From Felis catus (Eukaryota): a stretch of 64,000 nucleotides of DNA. The position numbers were made by a program, and so were the translations under genes. The notes under the pieces were generated by a model. That model made no database searches, had not been told where the DNA came from, and saw only the letters and a program-made list of their open reading frames with translations. The stretch is from NCBI RefSeq assembly GCF_018350175.1, contig NW_025408521.1, forward strand, positions 124,001 through 188,000, read 5' to 3'. Shown here piece by piece: positions 1-12,975 of the stretch (the first letter of the stretch is position 1; every line of letters starts with the position of its first letter).

Positions 1-521
1 CACAAAATGGATAGTGCTCCACTCGCCCCGGGCCTCCAGGCCCGGGGCTGCTTACCATGGCTCCAGGGCTGAAGCTGCTCGCCCCGGGCCTCCAGAAACG
101 GGTCAGTGTTTCCCACACAGCCTCCAGGCCCGGGGGTCTCAACTAAGAAACTTACGGGGAAGGATGGAGAAGTGGGAGACCCAGAATCCAATGCAGCCCC
201 TCCGGGGGCTATGCAACAAGCCCAAAAACCCAAGGAGGCATATGCCTGAATCCTGAAAAGCCAACAAACCCTTCCTGCTCAGCTCCGAAACTCCCGGGTT
301 AGGACCGAGAGCTGCGAGACCCAGAATCCCAAACACCTGCTACGAGCCCCGGGCCTCCAGGCCCTGAGTCGTTACCATGGCTCACCATGGCTGGAGCCTT
401 TCCCTGTACCTGAGATAAAGGGGTCACAGAACCAGAAACAGGCTCCAGACACAGGGCTGCTCAGCTCAGAAACTCCCCAGAAAGGTCCGAGGGTTTGGGG
501 ACACAAAATAGGAAGTGCCCC

Positions 522-3500
522 GCTCGCCCCGGGCCTCCAGGCCCGGGGCTGCTCGCCCCGGGCCTCCAGGCCCGGGGCTGCTCGCCCCGGGCCTCCAGGC
601 CCGGGGCTGCTCGCCCCGGGCCTCCAGGCCCGGGGCTGCTCGCCCCGGGCCTCCAGGCCCGGGGCTGCTCGCCCCGGGCCTCCAGGCCCGGGGCTGCTCG
701 CCCCGGGCCTCCAGGCCCGGGGCTGCTCGCCCCGGGCCTCCAGGCCCGGGGCTGCTCGCCCCGGGCCTCCAGGCCCGGGGCTGCTCGCCCCGGGCCTCCA
801 GGCCCGGGGCTGCTCGCCCCGGGCCTCCAGGCCCGGGGCTGCTCGCCCCGGGCCTCCAGGCCCGGGGCTGCTCGCCCCGGGCCTCCAGGCCCGGGGCTGC
901 TCGCCCCGGGCCTCCAGGCCCGGGGCTGCTCGCCCCGGGCCTCCAGGCCCGGGGCTGCTCGCCCCGGGCCTCCAGGCCCGGGGCTGCTCGCCCCGGGCCT
1001 CCAGGCCCGGGGCTGCTCGCCCCGGGCCTCCAGGCCCGGGGCTGCTCGCCCCGGGCCTCCAGGCCCGGGGCTGCTCGCCCCGGGCCTCCAGGCCCGGGGC
1101 TGCTCGCCCCGGGCCTCCAGGCCCGGGGCTGCTCGCCCCGGCTCACTGTGCCCGGGGCCCTCGCCCGGGCCTCCAGGCTGGCTCGCCCCGGGCCTCCAGG
1201 CCCGGGGCTGCTCGCCCCGGGGCCTCGCAGGCCCGGGGCTGCTCGCCCCGGGCCTCCAGGCCCGGGGCTGCTCGCCCCGGGCCTCCAGGCCCGGGGCTGC
1301 TCGCCCCGGGCCTCCAGGCCCGGGGCTGCTCGCCCCGGGCCTCCAGGCCCGGGGCTGCTCGCCCCGGGCCTCCAGGCCCGGGCTATGCCCCGGGCCCAAA
1401 AACCCGGCTGCTCGCCGGCCTCCAGGCCCTTCCTGCTCGCCCCGGGCCTCCCAGGCCCGGGGCTGCTCGCCCCGGGCCTCCAGGCCCGGGGCTGCTCGCC
1501 CCGGGCCTCCAGGCCCGGGGCTGCTCGCCCCGGCTCTCCAGGCCCGGGGCTGCTCGCCCCGGGCCTCCAGGCCCGGGGCTGCTCGCCCCGGGCCTCCAGG
1601 CCCGGGGCTGCTCGCCCCGGGCCTCCAGGCCCGGGGCTGCTCGCCCCGGGCCTCCAGGCCCGGCCCCGCTCGCCCCGGGCCTCCAGGCCCGGGGCTGCTC
1701 GCCCCGGGCCTCCAGGCCCGGGGCTGCTCGCCCCGGGCCTCCAGGCCCGGGGCTGCTCGCCCCGGGCCTCCAGGCCCGGGGCTGCTCGCCCCGGGCCTCC
1801 AGGCCCGGGGCTGCTCGCCCCGGGCCTCCAGGCCCGGGGCTGCTCGCCCCGGGCCTCCAGGCCCGGGGCTGCTCGCCCCGGGCCTCCAGGCCCGGGGCTG
1901 CTCGCCCCGGGCCTCCAGGCCCGGGGCTGCTCGCCCCGGGCCTCCAGGCCCGGGGCTGCTCGCCCCGGGCCTCCAGGCCCGGGGCTGCTCGCCCCGGGCC
2001 TCCAGGCCCGGGGCTGCTCGCCCCGGGCCTCCAGGCCCGGGGCTGCTCGCCCCGGGCCTCCAGGCCCGGGGCTGCTCGCCCCGGGCCTCCAGGCCCGGGG
2101 CTGCTCGCCCCGGGCCTCCAGGCCCGGGGCTGCTCGCCCCGGGCCTCCAGGCCCGGGGCTGCTCGCCCCGGGCCTCCAGGCCCGGGGCTGCTCGCCCCGG
2201 GCCTCCAGGCCCGGGGCTGCTCGCCCCGGGCCTCCAGGCCCGGGGCTGCTCGCCCCGGGCCTCCAGGCCCGGGGCTGCTCGCCCCGGGCCTCCAGGCCCG
2301 GGGCTGCTCGCCCCGGGCCTCCAGGCCCGGGGCTGCTCGCCCCGGGCCTCCAGGCCCGGGGCTGCTCGCCCCGGGCCTCCAGGCCCGGGGCTGCTCGCCC
2401 CGGGCCTCCAGGCCCGGGGCTGCTCGCCCCGGGCCTCCAGGCCCGGGGCTGCTCGCCCCGGGCCTCCAGGCCCGGGGCTGCTCGCCCCGGGCCTCCAGGC
2501 CCGGGGCTGCTCGCCCCGGCCCTCCAGGCCCGGGGCTGCTCGCCCCGGGCCTCCAGGCCCGGGGCTGCTCGCCCCGGGCCTCCAGGCCCGGGGCTGCTCG
2601 CCCCGGGCCTCCAGGCCCGGGGCTGCTCGCCCCGGGCCTCCAGGCCCGGGGCTGCTCGCCCCGGGCCTCCAGGCCCGGGGCTGCTCGCCCCGGGCCTCCA
2701 GGCCCGGGGCTGCTCGCCCCGGGCCTCCAGGCCCGGGGCTGCTCGCCCCGGGCCTCCAGGGGGGCTGTCGCCCCGGGAGGCCCGGGCCTGCTCGCCCCTC
2801 CAGGCCCGGGCTGCTGCCCCGGGCCTCCAGGCCCGGGGCTGCTCGCCCCGGGCCTCCAGGCCCGGGGCTGCTCGCCCCGGGCCTCCAGGCCCGGGGCTGC
2901 TCGCCCCGGGCCTCCAGGCCCGGGGCTGCTCGCCCCGGGCCTCCAGGCCCGGGGCTGCTCGCCCCGGGCCTCCAGGCCCGGGGCTGCTCGCCCCGGGCCT
3001 CCAGGCCCGGGGCTGCTCGCCCCGGGCCTCCAGGCCCGGGGCTGCTCGCCCCGGGCCTCCAGGCCCGGGGCTGCTCGCCCCGGGCCTCCAGGCCCGGGGC
3101 TGCTCGCCCCGGGCCTCCAGGCCCGGGGCTGCTCGCCCCGGGCCTCCAGGCCCGGGGCTGCTCGCCCCGGGCCTCCAGGCCCGGGGCTGCTCGCCCCGGG
3201 CCTCCAGGCCCGGGGCTGCTCGCCCCGGGCCTCCAGGCCCGGGGCTGCTCGCCCCGGGCCTCCAGGCCCGGGGCTGCTCGCCCCGGGCCTCCAGGCCCGG
3301 GGCTGCTCGCCCCGGGCCTCCAGGCCCGGGGCTGCTCGCCCCGGGCCTCCAGGCCCGGGGCTGCTCGCCCCGGGCCTCCAGGCCCGGGGCTGCTCGCCCC
3401 GGGCCTCCAGGCCCGGGGCTGCTCGCCCCGGGCCTCCAGGCCCGGGGCTGCTCGCCCCGGGCCTCCAGGCCCGGGGCTGCTCGCCCCGGGCCTCCAGGCC

Positions 3501-3826
3501 CGGGGCTGCTCGCCCCGGGCCTCCAGGCCCGGGGCTGCTCGCCCCGGGCCTCCAGGCCCGGGGCTGCTCGCCCCGGGCCTCCAGGCCCGGGGCTGCTCGC
3601 CCCGGGCCTCCAGGCCCGGGGCTGCTCGCCCCGGGCCTCCAGGCCCGGGGCTGCTCGCCCCGGGCCTCCAGGCCCGGGGCTGCTCGCCCCGGGCCTCCAG
3701 GCCCGGGGCTGCTCGCCCCGGGCCTCCAGGCCCGGGGCTGCTCGCCCCGGGCCTCCAGGCCCGGGGCTGCTCGCCCCGGGCCTCCACGCCCGGGGCTGCT
3801 CGCCCCGGGCCTCCACGCCCGGGGCT
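522..3826 (+). repeat. Longest 29-bp minisatellite tract (~114 monomer lengths) with short interruptions
   Basis: Tandem GCTCGCCCCGGGCCTCCAGGCCCGGGGCT (25/29 G+C, two CCCGGG sites per monomer). Interruptions lie near 1141-1230, 1381-1450, 1661 and 2761-2820. Confidence 0.95.
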
Positions 3827-4477
3827 GCTCGCTATGGCTCACTGTGCCTGAAGCCGTTCCTGTACCTGAAAGATGGGCTCACACAAACACAAACACCCGC
3901 CAGGCTCTGGGTTCCTTGCTCAGAATCTCCCGGGGAAGTTCGGAGGGATAGGATGCACAAAATGGATAGTGCTCCACTCGCCCCGGGCCTCCACGCCCGG
4001 GGCTGTATCTTACCATGGCTCATCAGGGCTGAAGCCTCTCCCCGTACCCGACAGAAACGGGTCAGTGTTTCCCACACAGCCTCCAGACCAGGGGGTCTCA
4101 ACTAAGAAACTTACGGGGAAGGATGGAGAAGTGGGAGACCCAGAATCCAATGCAGCCCCTCCGGGGGCTATGCAACAAGCCCAAAAACCCAAGGAGGCAT
4201 ATGCCTGAATCCTGAAAAGCCAACAAACCCTTCCTCTCAGCTCCGAAACTCCCGGGTTAGGACCGAGAGATGCGAGACCCAGAATCCCAAACACCTGCTA
4301 CGAGCCCCGGCCTCCAGGCCCTGAGTCGTTACCATGGCTCACCATGGCTGGAGCCTTTCCCTGTACCTGAGATAAAGGGGTCACAGAACCAGAAACAGGC
4401 TCCAGACACAGGGGTCTCAGCTCAGAAACTCCCCAGAAAGGTCCGAGGGTTTGGGGACACAAAATAGGAAGTGCCCC
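3827..4477 (+). repeat. Representative 651-bp spacer of the compound unit
   Basis: Bounded by 29-mer tracts on both sides. Near-identical copies at 5116-5766, 6318-6968, 7375-8025, 10591-11241 and 11445-12095. Confidence 0.97.
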
Positions 4478-7400
4478 GCTCGCCCCGGGCCTCCAGGCCC
4501 GGGGCTGCTCGCCCCGGGCCTCCAGGCCCGGGGCTGCTCGCCCCGGGCCTCCAGGCCCGGGGCTGCTCGCCCCGGGCCTCCAGGCCCGGGGCTGCTCGCC
4601 CCGGGCCTCCAGGCCCGGGGCTGCTCGCCCCGGGCCTCCAGGCCCGGGGCTGCTCGCCCCGGGCCTCCAGGCCCGGGGCTGCTCGCCCCGGGCCTCCAGG
4701 CCCGGGGCTGCTCGCCCCGGGCCTCCAGGCCCGGGGCTGCTCGCCCCGGGCCTCCAGGCCCGGGGCTGCTCGCCCCGGGCCTCCAGGCCCGGGGCTGCTC
4801 GCCCCGGGCCTCCAGGCCCGGGGCTGCTCGCCCCGGGCCTCCAGGCCCGGGGCTGCTCGCCCCGGGCCTCCAGGCCCGGGGCTGCTCGCCCCGGGCCTCC
4901 AGGCCCGGGGCTGCTCGCCCCGGGCCTCCAGGCCCGGGGCTGCTCGCCCCGGGCCTCCAGGCCCGGGGCTGCTCGCCCCGGGCCTCCAGGCCCGGGGCTG
5001 CTCGCCCCGGGCCTCCAGGCCCGGGGCTGCTCGCCCCGGGCCTCCAGGCCCGGGGCTGCTCGCCCCGGGCCTCCACGCCCGGGGCTGCTCGCCCCGGGCC
5101 TCCACGCCCGGGGCTGCTCGCTATGGCTCACTGTGCCTGAAGCCGTTCCTGTACCTGAAAGATGGGCTCACACAAACACAAACACCCGCCAGGCTCTGGG
5201 TTCCTTGCTCAGAATCTCCCGGGGAAGTTCGGAGGGATAGGATGCACAAAATGGATAGTGCTCCACTCGCCCCGGGCCTCCACGCCCGGGGCTGTATCTT
5301 ACCATGGCTCATCAGGGCTGAAGCCTCTCCCAGTACCCGACAGAAACGGGTCAGTGTTTCCCACACAGCCTCCAGACCAGGGGGTCTCAACTAAGAAACT
5401 TACGGGGAAGGATGGAGAAGTGGGAGACCCAGAATCCAATGCAGCCCCTCCGGGGGCTATGCAACAAGCCCAAAAACCCAAGGAGGCATATGCCTGAATC
5501 CTGAAAAGCCAACAAACCCTTCCTCTCAGCTCCGAAACTCCCGGGTTAGGACCGAGAGATGCGAGACCCAGAATCCCAAACACCTGCTACGAGCCCCGGC
5601 CTCCAGGCCCTGAGTCGTTACCATGGCTCACCATGGCTGGAGCCTTTCCCTGTACCTGAGATAAAGGGGTCACAGAACCAGAAACAGGCTCCAGACACAG
5701 GGGTCTCAGCTCAGAAACTCCCCAGAAAGGTCCGAGGGTTTGGGGACACAAAATAGGAAGTGCCCCGCTCGCCCCGGGCCTCCAGGCCCGGGGCTGCTCG
5801 CCCCGGGCCTCCAGGCCCGGGGCTGCTCGCCCCGGGCCTCCAGGCCCGGGGCTGCTCGCCCCGGGCCTCCAGGCCCGGGGCTGCTCGCCCCGGGCCTCCA
5901 GGCCCGGGGCTGCTCGCCCCGGGCCTCCAGGCCCGGGGCTGCTCGCCCCGGGCCTCCAGGCCCGGGGCTGCTCGCCCCGGGCCTCCAGGCCCGGGGCTGC
6001 TCGCCCCGGGCCTCCAGGCCCGGGGCTGCTCGCCCCGGGCCTCCAGGCCCGGGGCTGCTCGCCCCGGGCCTCCAGGCCCGGGGCTGCTCGCCCCGGGCCT
6101 CCAGGCCCGGGGCTGCTCGCCCCGGGCCTCCAGGCCCGGGGCTGCTCGCCCCGGGCCTCCAGGCCCGGGGCTGCTCGCCCCGGGCCTCCAGGCCCGGGGC
6201 TGCTCGCCCCGGGCCTCCAGGCCCGGGGCTGCTCGCCCCGGGCCTCCAGGCCCGGGGCTGCTCGCCCCGGGCCTCCACGCCCGGGGCTGCTCGCCCCGGG
6301 CCTCCACGCCCGGGGCTGCTCGCTATGGCTCACTGTGCCTGAAGCCGTTCCTGTACCTGAAAGATGGGCTCACACAAACACAAACACCCGCCAGGCTCTG
6401 GGTTCCTTGCTCAGAATCTCCCGGGGAAGTTCGGAGGGATAGGATGCACAAAATGGATAGTGCTCCACTCGCCCCGGGCCTCCACGCCCGGGGCTGTATC
6501 TTACCATGGCTCATCAGGGCTGAAGCCTCTCCCAGTACCCGACAGAAACGGGTCAGTGTTTCCCACACAGCCTCCAGACCAGGGGGTCTCAACTAAGAAA
6601 CTCACGGGGAAGGATGGAGAAGTGGGAGACCCAGAATCCAATGCAGCCCCTCCGGGGGCTATGCAACAAGCCCAAAAACCCAAGGAGGCATATGCCTGAA
6701 TCCTGAAAAGCCAACAAACCCTTCCTCTCAGCTCCGAAACTCCCGGGTTAGGACCGAGAGATGCGAGACCCAGAATCCCAAACACCTGCTACGAGCCCCG
6801 GCCTCCAGGCCCTGAGTCGTTACCATGGCTCACCATGGCTGGAGCCTTTCCCTGTACCTGAGATAAAGGGGTCACAGAACCAGAAACAGGCTCCAGACAC
6901 AGGGGTCTCAGCTCAGAAACTCCCCAGAAAGGTCCGAGGGTTTGGGGACACAAAATAGGAAGTGCCCCGCTCGCCCCGGGCCTCCAGGCCCGGGGCTGCT
7001 CGCCCCGGGCCTCCAGGCCCGGGGCTGCTCGCCCCGGGCCTCCAGGCCCGGGGCTGCTCGCCCCGGGCCTCCAGGCCCGGGGCTGCTCGCCCCGGGCCTC
7101 CAGGCCCGGGGCTGCTCGCCCCGGGCCTCCAGGCCCGGGGCTGCTCGCCCCGGGCCTCCAGGCCCGGGGCTGCTCGCCCCGGGCCTCCAGGCCCGGGGCT
7201 GCTCGCCCCGGGCCTCCAGGCCCGGGGCTGCTCGCCCCGGGCCTCCAGGCCCGGGGCTGCTCGCCCCGGGCCTCCAGGCCCGGGGCTGCTCGCCCCGGGC
7301 CTCCACGCCCGGGGCTGCTCGCCCCGGGCCTCCACGCCCGGGGCTGCTCGCCCCGGGCCTCCACGCCCGGGGCTGCTCGCTATGGCTCACTGTGCCTGAA

Positions 7401-10400
7401 GCCGTTCCTGTACCTGAAAGATGGGCTCACACAAACACAAACACCCGCCAGGCTCTGGGTTCCTTGCTCAGAATCTCCCGGGGAAGTTCGGAGGGATAGG
7501 ATGCACAAAATGGATAGTGCTCCACTCGCCCCGGGCCTCCACGCCCGGGGCTGTATCTTACCATGGCTCATCAGGGCTGAAGCCTCTCCCAGTACCCGAC
7601 AGAAACGGGTCAGTGTTTCCCACACAGCCTCCAGACCAGGGGGTCTCAACTAAGAAACTTACGGGGAAGGATGGAGAAGTGGGAGACCCAGAATCCAATG
7701 CAGCCCCTCCGGGGGCTATGCAACAAGCCCAAAAACCCAAGGAGGCATATGCCTGAATCCTGAAAAGCCAACAAACCCTTCCTCTCAGCTCCGAAACTCC
7801 CGGGTTAGGACCGAGAGATGCGAGACCCAGAATCCCAAACACCTGCTACGAGCCCCGGCCTCCAGGCCCTGAGTCGTTACCATGGCTCACCATGGCTGGA
7901 GCCTTTCCCTGTACCTGAGATAAAGGGGTCACAGAACCAGAAACAGGCTCCAGACACAGGGGTCTCAGCTCAGAAACTCCCCAGAAAGGTCCGAGGGTTT
8001 GGGGACACAAAATAGGAAGTGCCCCGCTCGCCCCGGGCCTCCAGGCCCGGGGCTGCTCGCCCCGGGCCTCCAGGCCCGGGGCTGCTCGCCCCGGGCCTCC
8101 AGGCCCGGGGCTGCTCGCCCCGGGCCTCCAGGCCCGGGGCTGCTCGCCCCGGGCCTCCAGGCCCGGGGCTGCTCGCCCCGGGCCTCCAGGCCCGGGGCTG
8201 CTCGCCCCGGGCCTCCAGGCCCGGGGCTGCTCGCCCCGGGCCTCCAGGCCCGGGGCTGCTCGCCCCGGGCCTCCAGGCCCGGGGCTGCTCGCCCCGGGCC
8301 TCCAGGCCCGGGGCTGCTCGCCCCGGGCCTCCAGGCCCGGGGCTGCTCGCCCCGGGCCTCCAGGCCCGGGGCTGCTCGCCCCGGGCCTCCAGGCCCGGGG
8401 CTGCTCGCCCCGGGCCTCCAGGCCCGGGGCTGCTCGCCCCGGGCCTCCAGGCCCGGGGCTGCTCGCCCCGGGCCTCCAGGCCCGGGGCTGCTCGCCCCGG
8501 GCCTCCAGGCCCGGGGCTGCTCGCCCCGGGCCTCCAGGCCCGGGGCTGCTCGCCCCGGGCCTCCAGGCCCGGGGCTGCTCGCCCCGGGCCTCCAGGCCCG
8601 GGGCTGCTCGCCCCGGGCCTCCAGGCCCGGGGCTGCTCGCCCCGGGCCTCCAGGCCCGGGGCTGCTCGCCCCGGGCCTCCACGCCCGGGGCTGCTCGCTA
8701 TGGCTCACTGTGCCTGAAGCCGTTCCTGTACCTGAAAGATGGGCTGCACACAAACACAAACACCCGCCAGGCTCTGGGTTCCTTGCTCAGAATCTCCCGG
8801 GGAAGTTCGGAGGGATAGGATGCACAAAATGGATAGTGCTCCACTCGCCCCGGGCCTCCACGCCCGGGGCTGTATCTTACCATGGCTCATCAGGGCTGAA
8901 GCCTCTCCCCGGGCCTCGACAGAAACGGGTCAGTGTTTCCCACACAGCCTCCAGACCAGGGGGTCTCAACTAAGAAACTTACGGGGAAGGATGGAGAAGT
9001 GGGAGACCCAGAATCCAATGCAGCCCCTCCGGGGGCTATGCAACAAGCCCAAAAACCCAAGGAGGCATATGCCTGAATCCTGAAAAGCCAACAAACCCTT
9101 CCTCTCAGCTCCGAAACTCCCGGGTTAGGACCGAGAGATGCGAGACCCAGAATCCCAAACACCTGCTACGAGCCCCGGGCCTCCAGGCCCTGAGTCGTTA
9201 CCATGGCTCACCATGGCTGGAGCCTTTCCCTGTACCTGAGATAAAGGGGTCACAGAACCAGAAACAGGCTCCAGACACAGGGGTCTCAGCTCAGAAACTC
9301 CCCAGAAAGGTCCGAGGGTTTGGGGACACAAAATAGGAAGTGCCCCGCTCGCCCCGGGCCTCCAGGCCCGGGGCTGCTCGCCCCGGGCCTCCAGGCCCGG
9401 GGCTGCTCGCCCCGGGCCTCCAGGCCCGGGGCTGCTCGCCCCGGGCCTCCAGGCCCGGGGCTGCTCGCCCCGGGCCTCCAGGCCCGGGGCTGCTCGCCCC
9501 GGGCCTCCAGGCCCGGGGCTGCTCGCCCCGGGCCTCCAGGCCCGGGGCTGCTCGCCCCGGCTCACTGTGCCTGAAGCCGTTCCTGTACCTGAAAGATGGG
9601 CTGCTCGCCCCGGGCCTCCAGGCTCTGGGCTGCTCGCCCCGGGCCTCCCGGGGCAGTTCGGAGGGATAGGATGCACAAAATGGATGTGCTCCACTCGCCC
9701 CGGGCCTCCAGGCCCGGGGCTGCTCGCCCCGGCTCCAGGGCTGAAGCCTCGCCCCGGGCCTCCAGGCCCGGGGCTGCTCGCCCCGGGCCTCCAGGCCCGG
9801 GGGTCTCACCTAAGAAACTTACGGGGAAGGATGGAGAAGTGGGAGACCCAGAATCCATGCAGCCCCTCCGGGGGCTATGCAACAAGCCCAAAAACCCAAG
9901 GAGGCATATGCCTGAATCCTGAAAAGCCAACAAACCCTTCCTGCTCAGCTCCGAAACTCCCGGGTTAGGCCCGGGGCTGCTCGCCCCGGGATCCCAGGCC
10001 CGGGGCTGCTCGCCCCGGGCCTCCAGGCCCGGGGCTGCTCGCCCCGGGCCTCCATGGCTGGGGCTGCTCGCCCCGGGCCTCCAGATAAAGGGGTCACAGA
10101 ACCAGAAACAGCCTCCAGGCCCGGGGCTGCTCGCCCCGGGCCTCCAGGCCCGAGGGTTTGGGGACACAAAATAGGAAGTGCCCCGCTCGCCCCGGGCCTC
10201 CAGGCCCGGGGCTGCTCGCCCCGGGCCTCCAGGCCCGGGGCTGCTCGCCCCGGGCCTCCAGGCCCGGGGCTGCTCGCCCCGGGCCTCCAGGCCCGGGGCT
10301 GCTCGCCCCGGGCCTCCAGGCCCGGGGCTGCTCGCCCCGGGCCTCCAGGCCCGGGGCTGCTCGCCCCGGGCCTCCAGGCCCGGGGCTGCTCGCCCCGGGC

Positions 10401-12975
10401 CTCCAGGCCCGGGGCTGCTCGCCCCGGGCCTCCAGGCCCGGGGCTGCTCGCCCCGGGCCTCCAGGCCCGGGGCTGCTCGCCCCGGGCCTCCAGGCCCGGG
10501 GCTGCTCGCCCCGGGCCTCCACGCCCGGGGCTGCTCGCCCCGGGCCTCCACGCCCGGGGCTGCTCGCCCCGGGCCTCCACGCCCGGGGCTGCTCGCTATG
10601 GCTCACTGTGCCTGAAGCCGTTCCTGTACCTGAAAGATGGGCTCACACAAACACAAACACCCGCCAGGCTCTGGGTTCCTTGCTCAGAATCTCCCGGGGA
10701 AGTTCGGAGGGATAGGATGCACAAAATGGATAGTGCTCCACTCGCCCCGGGCCTCCACGCCCGGGGCTGTATCTTACCATGGCTCATCAGGGCTGAAGCC
10801 TCTCCCTGTACCCGACAGAAACGGGTCAGTGTTTCCCACACAGCCTCCAGACCAGGGGGTCTCAACTAAGAAACTTACGGGGAAGGATGGAGAAGTGGGA
10901 GACCCAGAATCCAATGCAGCCCCTCCGGGGGCTATGCAACAAGCCCAAAAACCCAAGGAGGCATATGCCTGAATCCTGAAAAGCCAACAAACCCTTCCTC
11001 TCAGCTCCGAAACTCCCGGGTTAGGACCGAGAGATGCGAGACCCAGAATCCCAAACACCTGCTACGAGCCCCGGCCTCCAGGCCCTGAGTCGTTACCATG
11101 GCTCACCATGGCTGGAGCCTTTCCCTGTACCTGAGATAAAGGGGTCACAGAACCAGAAACAGGCTCCAGACACAGGGGTCTCAGCTCAGAAACTCCCCAG
11201 AAAGGTCCGAGGGTTTGGGGACACAAAATAGGAAGTGCCCCGCTCGCCCCGGGCCTCCAGGCCCGGGGCTGCTCGCCCCGGGCCTCCAGGCCCGGGGCTG
11301 CTCGCCCCGGGCCTCCAGGCCCGGGGCTGCTCGCCCCGGGCCTCCAGGCCCGGGGCTGCTCGCCCCGGGCCTCCAGGCCCGGGGCTGCTCGCCCCGGGCC
11401 TCCAGGCCCGGGGCTGCTCGCCCCGGGCCTCCACGCCCGGGGCTGCTCGCTATGGCTCACTGTGCCTGAAGCCGTTCCTGTACCTGAAAGATGGGCTCAC
11501 ACAAACACAAACACCCGCCAGGCTCTGGGTTCCTTGCTCAGAATCTCCCGGGGAAGTTCGGAGGGATAGGATGCACAAAATGGATAGTGCTCCACTCGCC
11601 CCGGGCCTCCACGCCCGGGGCTGTATCTTACCATGGCTCATCAGGGCTGAAGCCTCTCCCTGTACCCGACAGAAACGGGTCAGTGTTTCCCACACAGCCT
11701 CCAGACCAGGGGGTCTCAACTAAGAAACTTACGGGGAAGGATGGAGAAGTGGGAGACCCAGAATCCAATGCAGCCCCTCCGGGGGCTATGCAACAAGCCC
11801 AAAAACCCAAGGAGGCATATGCCTGAATCCTGAAAAGCCAACAAACCCTTCCTCTCAGCTCCGAAACTCCCGGGTTAGGACCGAGAGATGCGAGACCCAG
11901 AATCCCAAACACCTGCTACGAGCCCCGGCCTCCAGGCCCTGAGTCGTTACCATGGCTCACCATGGCTGGAGCCTTTCCCTGTACCTGAGATAAAGGGGTC
12001 ACAGAACCAGAAACAGGCTCCAGACACAGGGGTCTCAGCTCAGAAACTCCCCAGAAAGGTCCGAGGGTTTGGGGACACAAAATAGGAAGTGCCCCGCTCG
12101 CCCCGGGCCTCCAGGCCCGGGGCTGCTCGCCCCGGGCCTCCAGGCCCGGGGCTGCTCGCCCCGGGCCTCCAGGCCCGGGGCTGCTCGCCCCGGGCCTCCA
12201 GGCCCGGGGCTGCTCGCCCCGGGCCTCCAGGCCCGGGGCTGCTCGCCCCGGGCCTCCAGGCCCGGGGCTGCTCGCCCCGGGCCTCCAGGCCCGGGGCTGC
12301 TCGCCCCGGGCCTCCAGGCCCGGGGCTGCTCGCTATGGCTCACTGTGCCTGAAGCCGTTCCTGTACCTGAAAGATGGGCTCACACAAACACAAACACCCG
12401 CCAGGCTCTGGGTTCCTTGCTCAGAATCTCCCGGGGAAGTTCGGAGGGATAGGATGCACAAAATGGATAGTGCTCCGCTCGCCCCGGGCCTCCAGGCCCG
12501 GGGCTGCTTACCCTGGCTCATCAGGGCTGAAGCCTCTCCCCGGGCCCGACAGAAACGGGTCAGTGTTTCCCACACAGCCTCCAGGCCCGGGGGTCTCAAC
12601 TAAGAAACTTACGGGGAAGGATGGAGAAGTGGGAGACCCAGAATCCAATGCAGCCCCTCCGGGGGCTATGCAACAAGCCCAAAAACCCAAGGAGGCATAT
12701 GCCTGAATCCTGAAAAGCCAACAAACCCTTCCTCTCAGCTCCGAAACTCCCGGGTTAGGACCGAGAGATGCGAGACCCAGAATCCCAAACACCTGCTACG
12801 AGCCCCGGCCTCCAGGCCCTGAGTCGTTACCATGGCTCACCATGGCTGGAGCCTTTCCCTGTACCTGAGATAAAGGGGTCACAGAACCAGAAACAGGCTC
12901 CAGACACAGGGGTCTCAGCTCAGAAACTCCCCAGAAAGGTCCGAGGGTTTGGGGACACAAAATAGGAAGTGCCCC

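Noticed and set aside
522..3826. CRISPR-like 29-bp palindromic repeat
   Set aside because: Repeats are head-to-tail with no unique spacers, there are no cas genes, and the context is a vertebrate-type satellite.
461..4105. ORFs of over 1100 aa on both strands, and similar Pro/Gly/Arg/Ala-rich ORFs throughout
   Set aside because: The 29-mer has no stop codon in any frame, and because 29 is not divisible by 3 all frames on a strand give the same 29-aa cycle. Tract lengths change by non-triplet steps, so no frame is conserved. There are no recognisable domains.
3873..4467. Recurring 65-111-aa ORFs in every spacer (MGSHKHK..., MFGILGL..., MRDPESQ...)
   Set aside because: They recur only because the DNA repeats. 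Many rely on non-ATG starts, they overlap on both strands, and they are broken by indels and stops in variant units.
3827..4477. CENP-B box
   Set aside because: The TTCG sites I checked by eye (GTTCGGAGGGATAGG, TTTCGGAGCTGAGAGG) lack the required TTCG-N4-A-N2-CGGG spacing.
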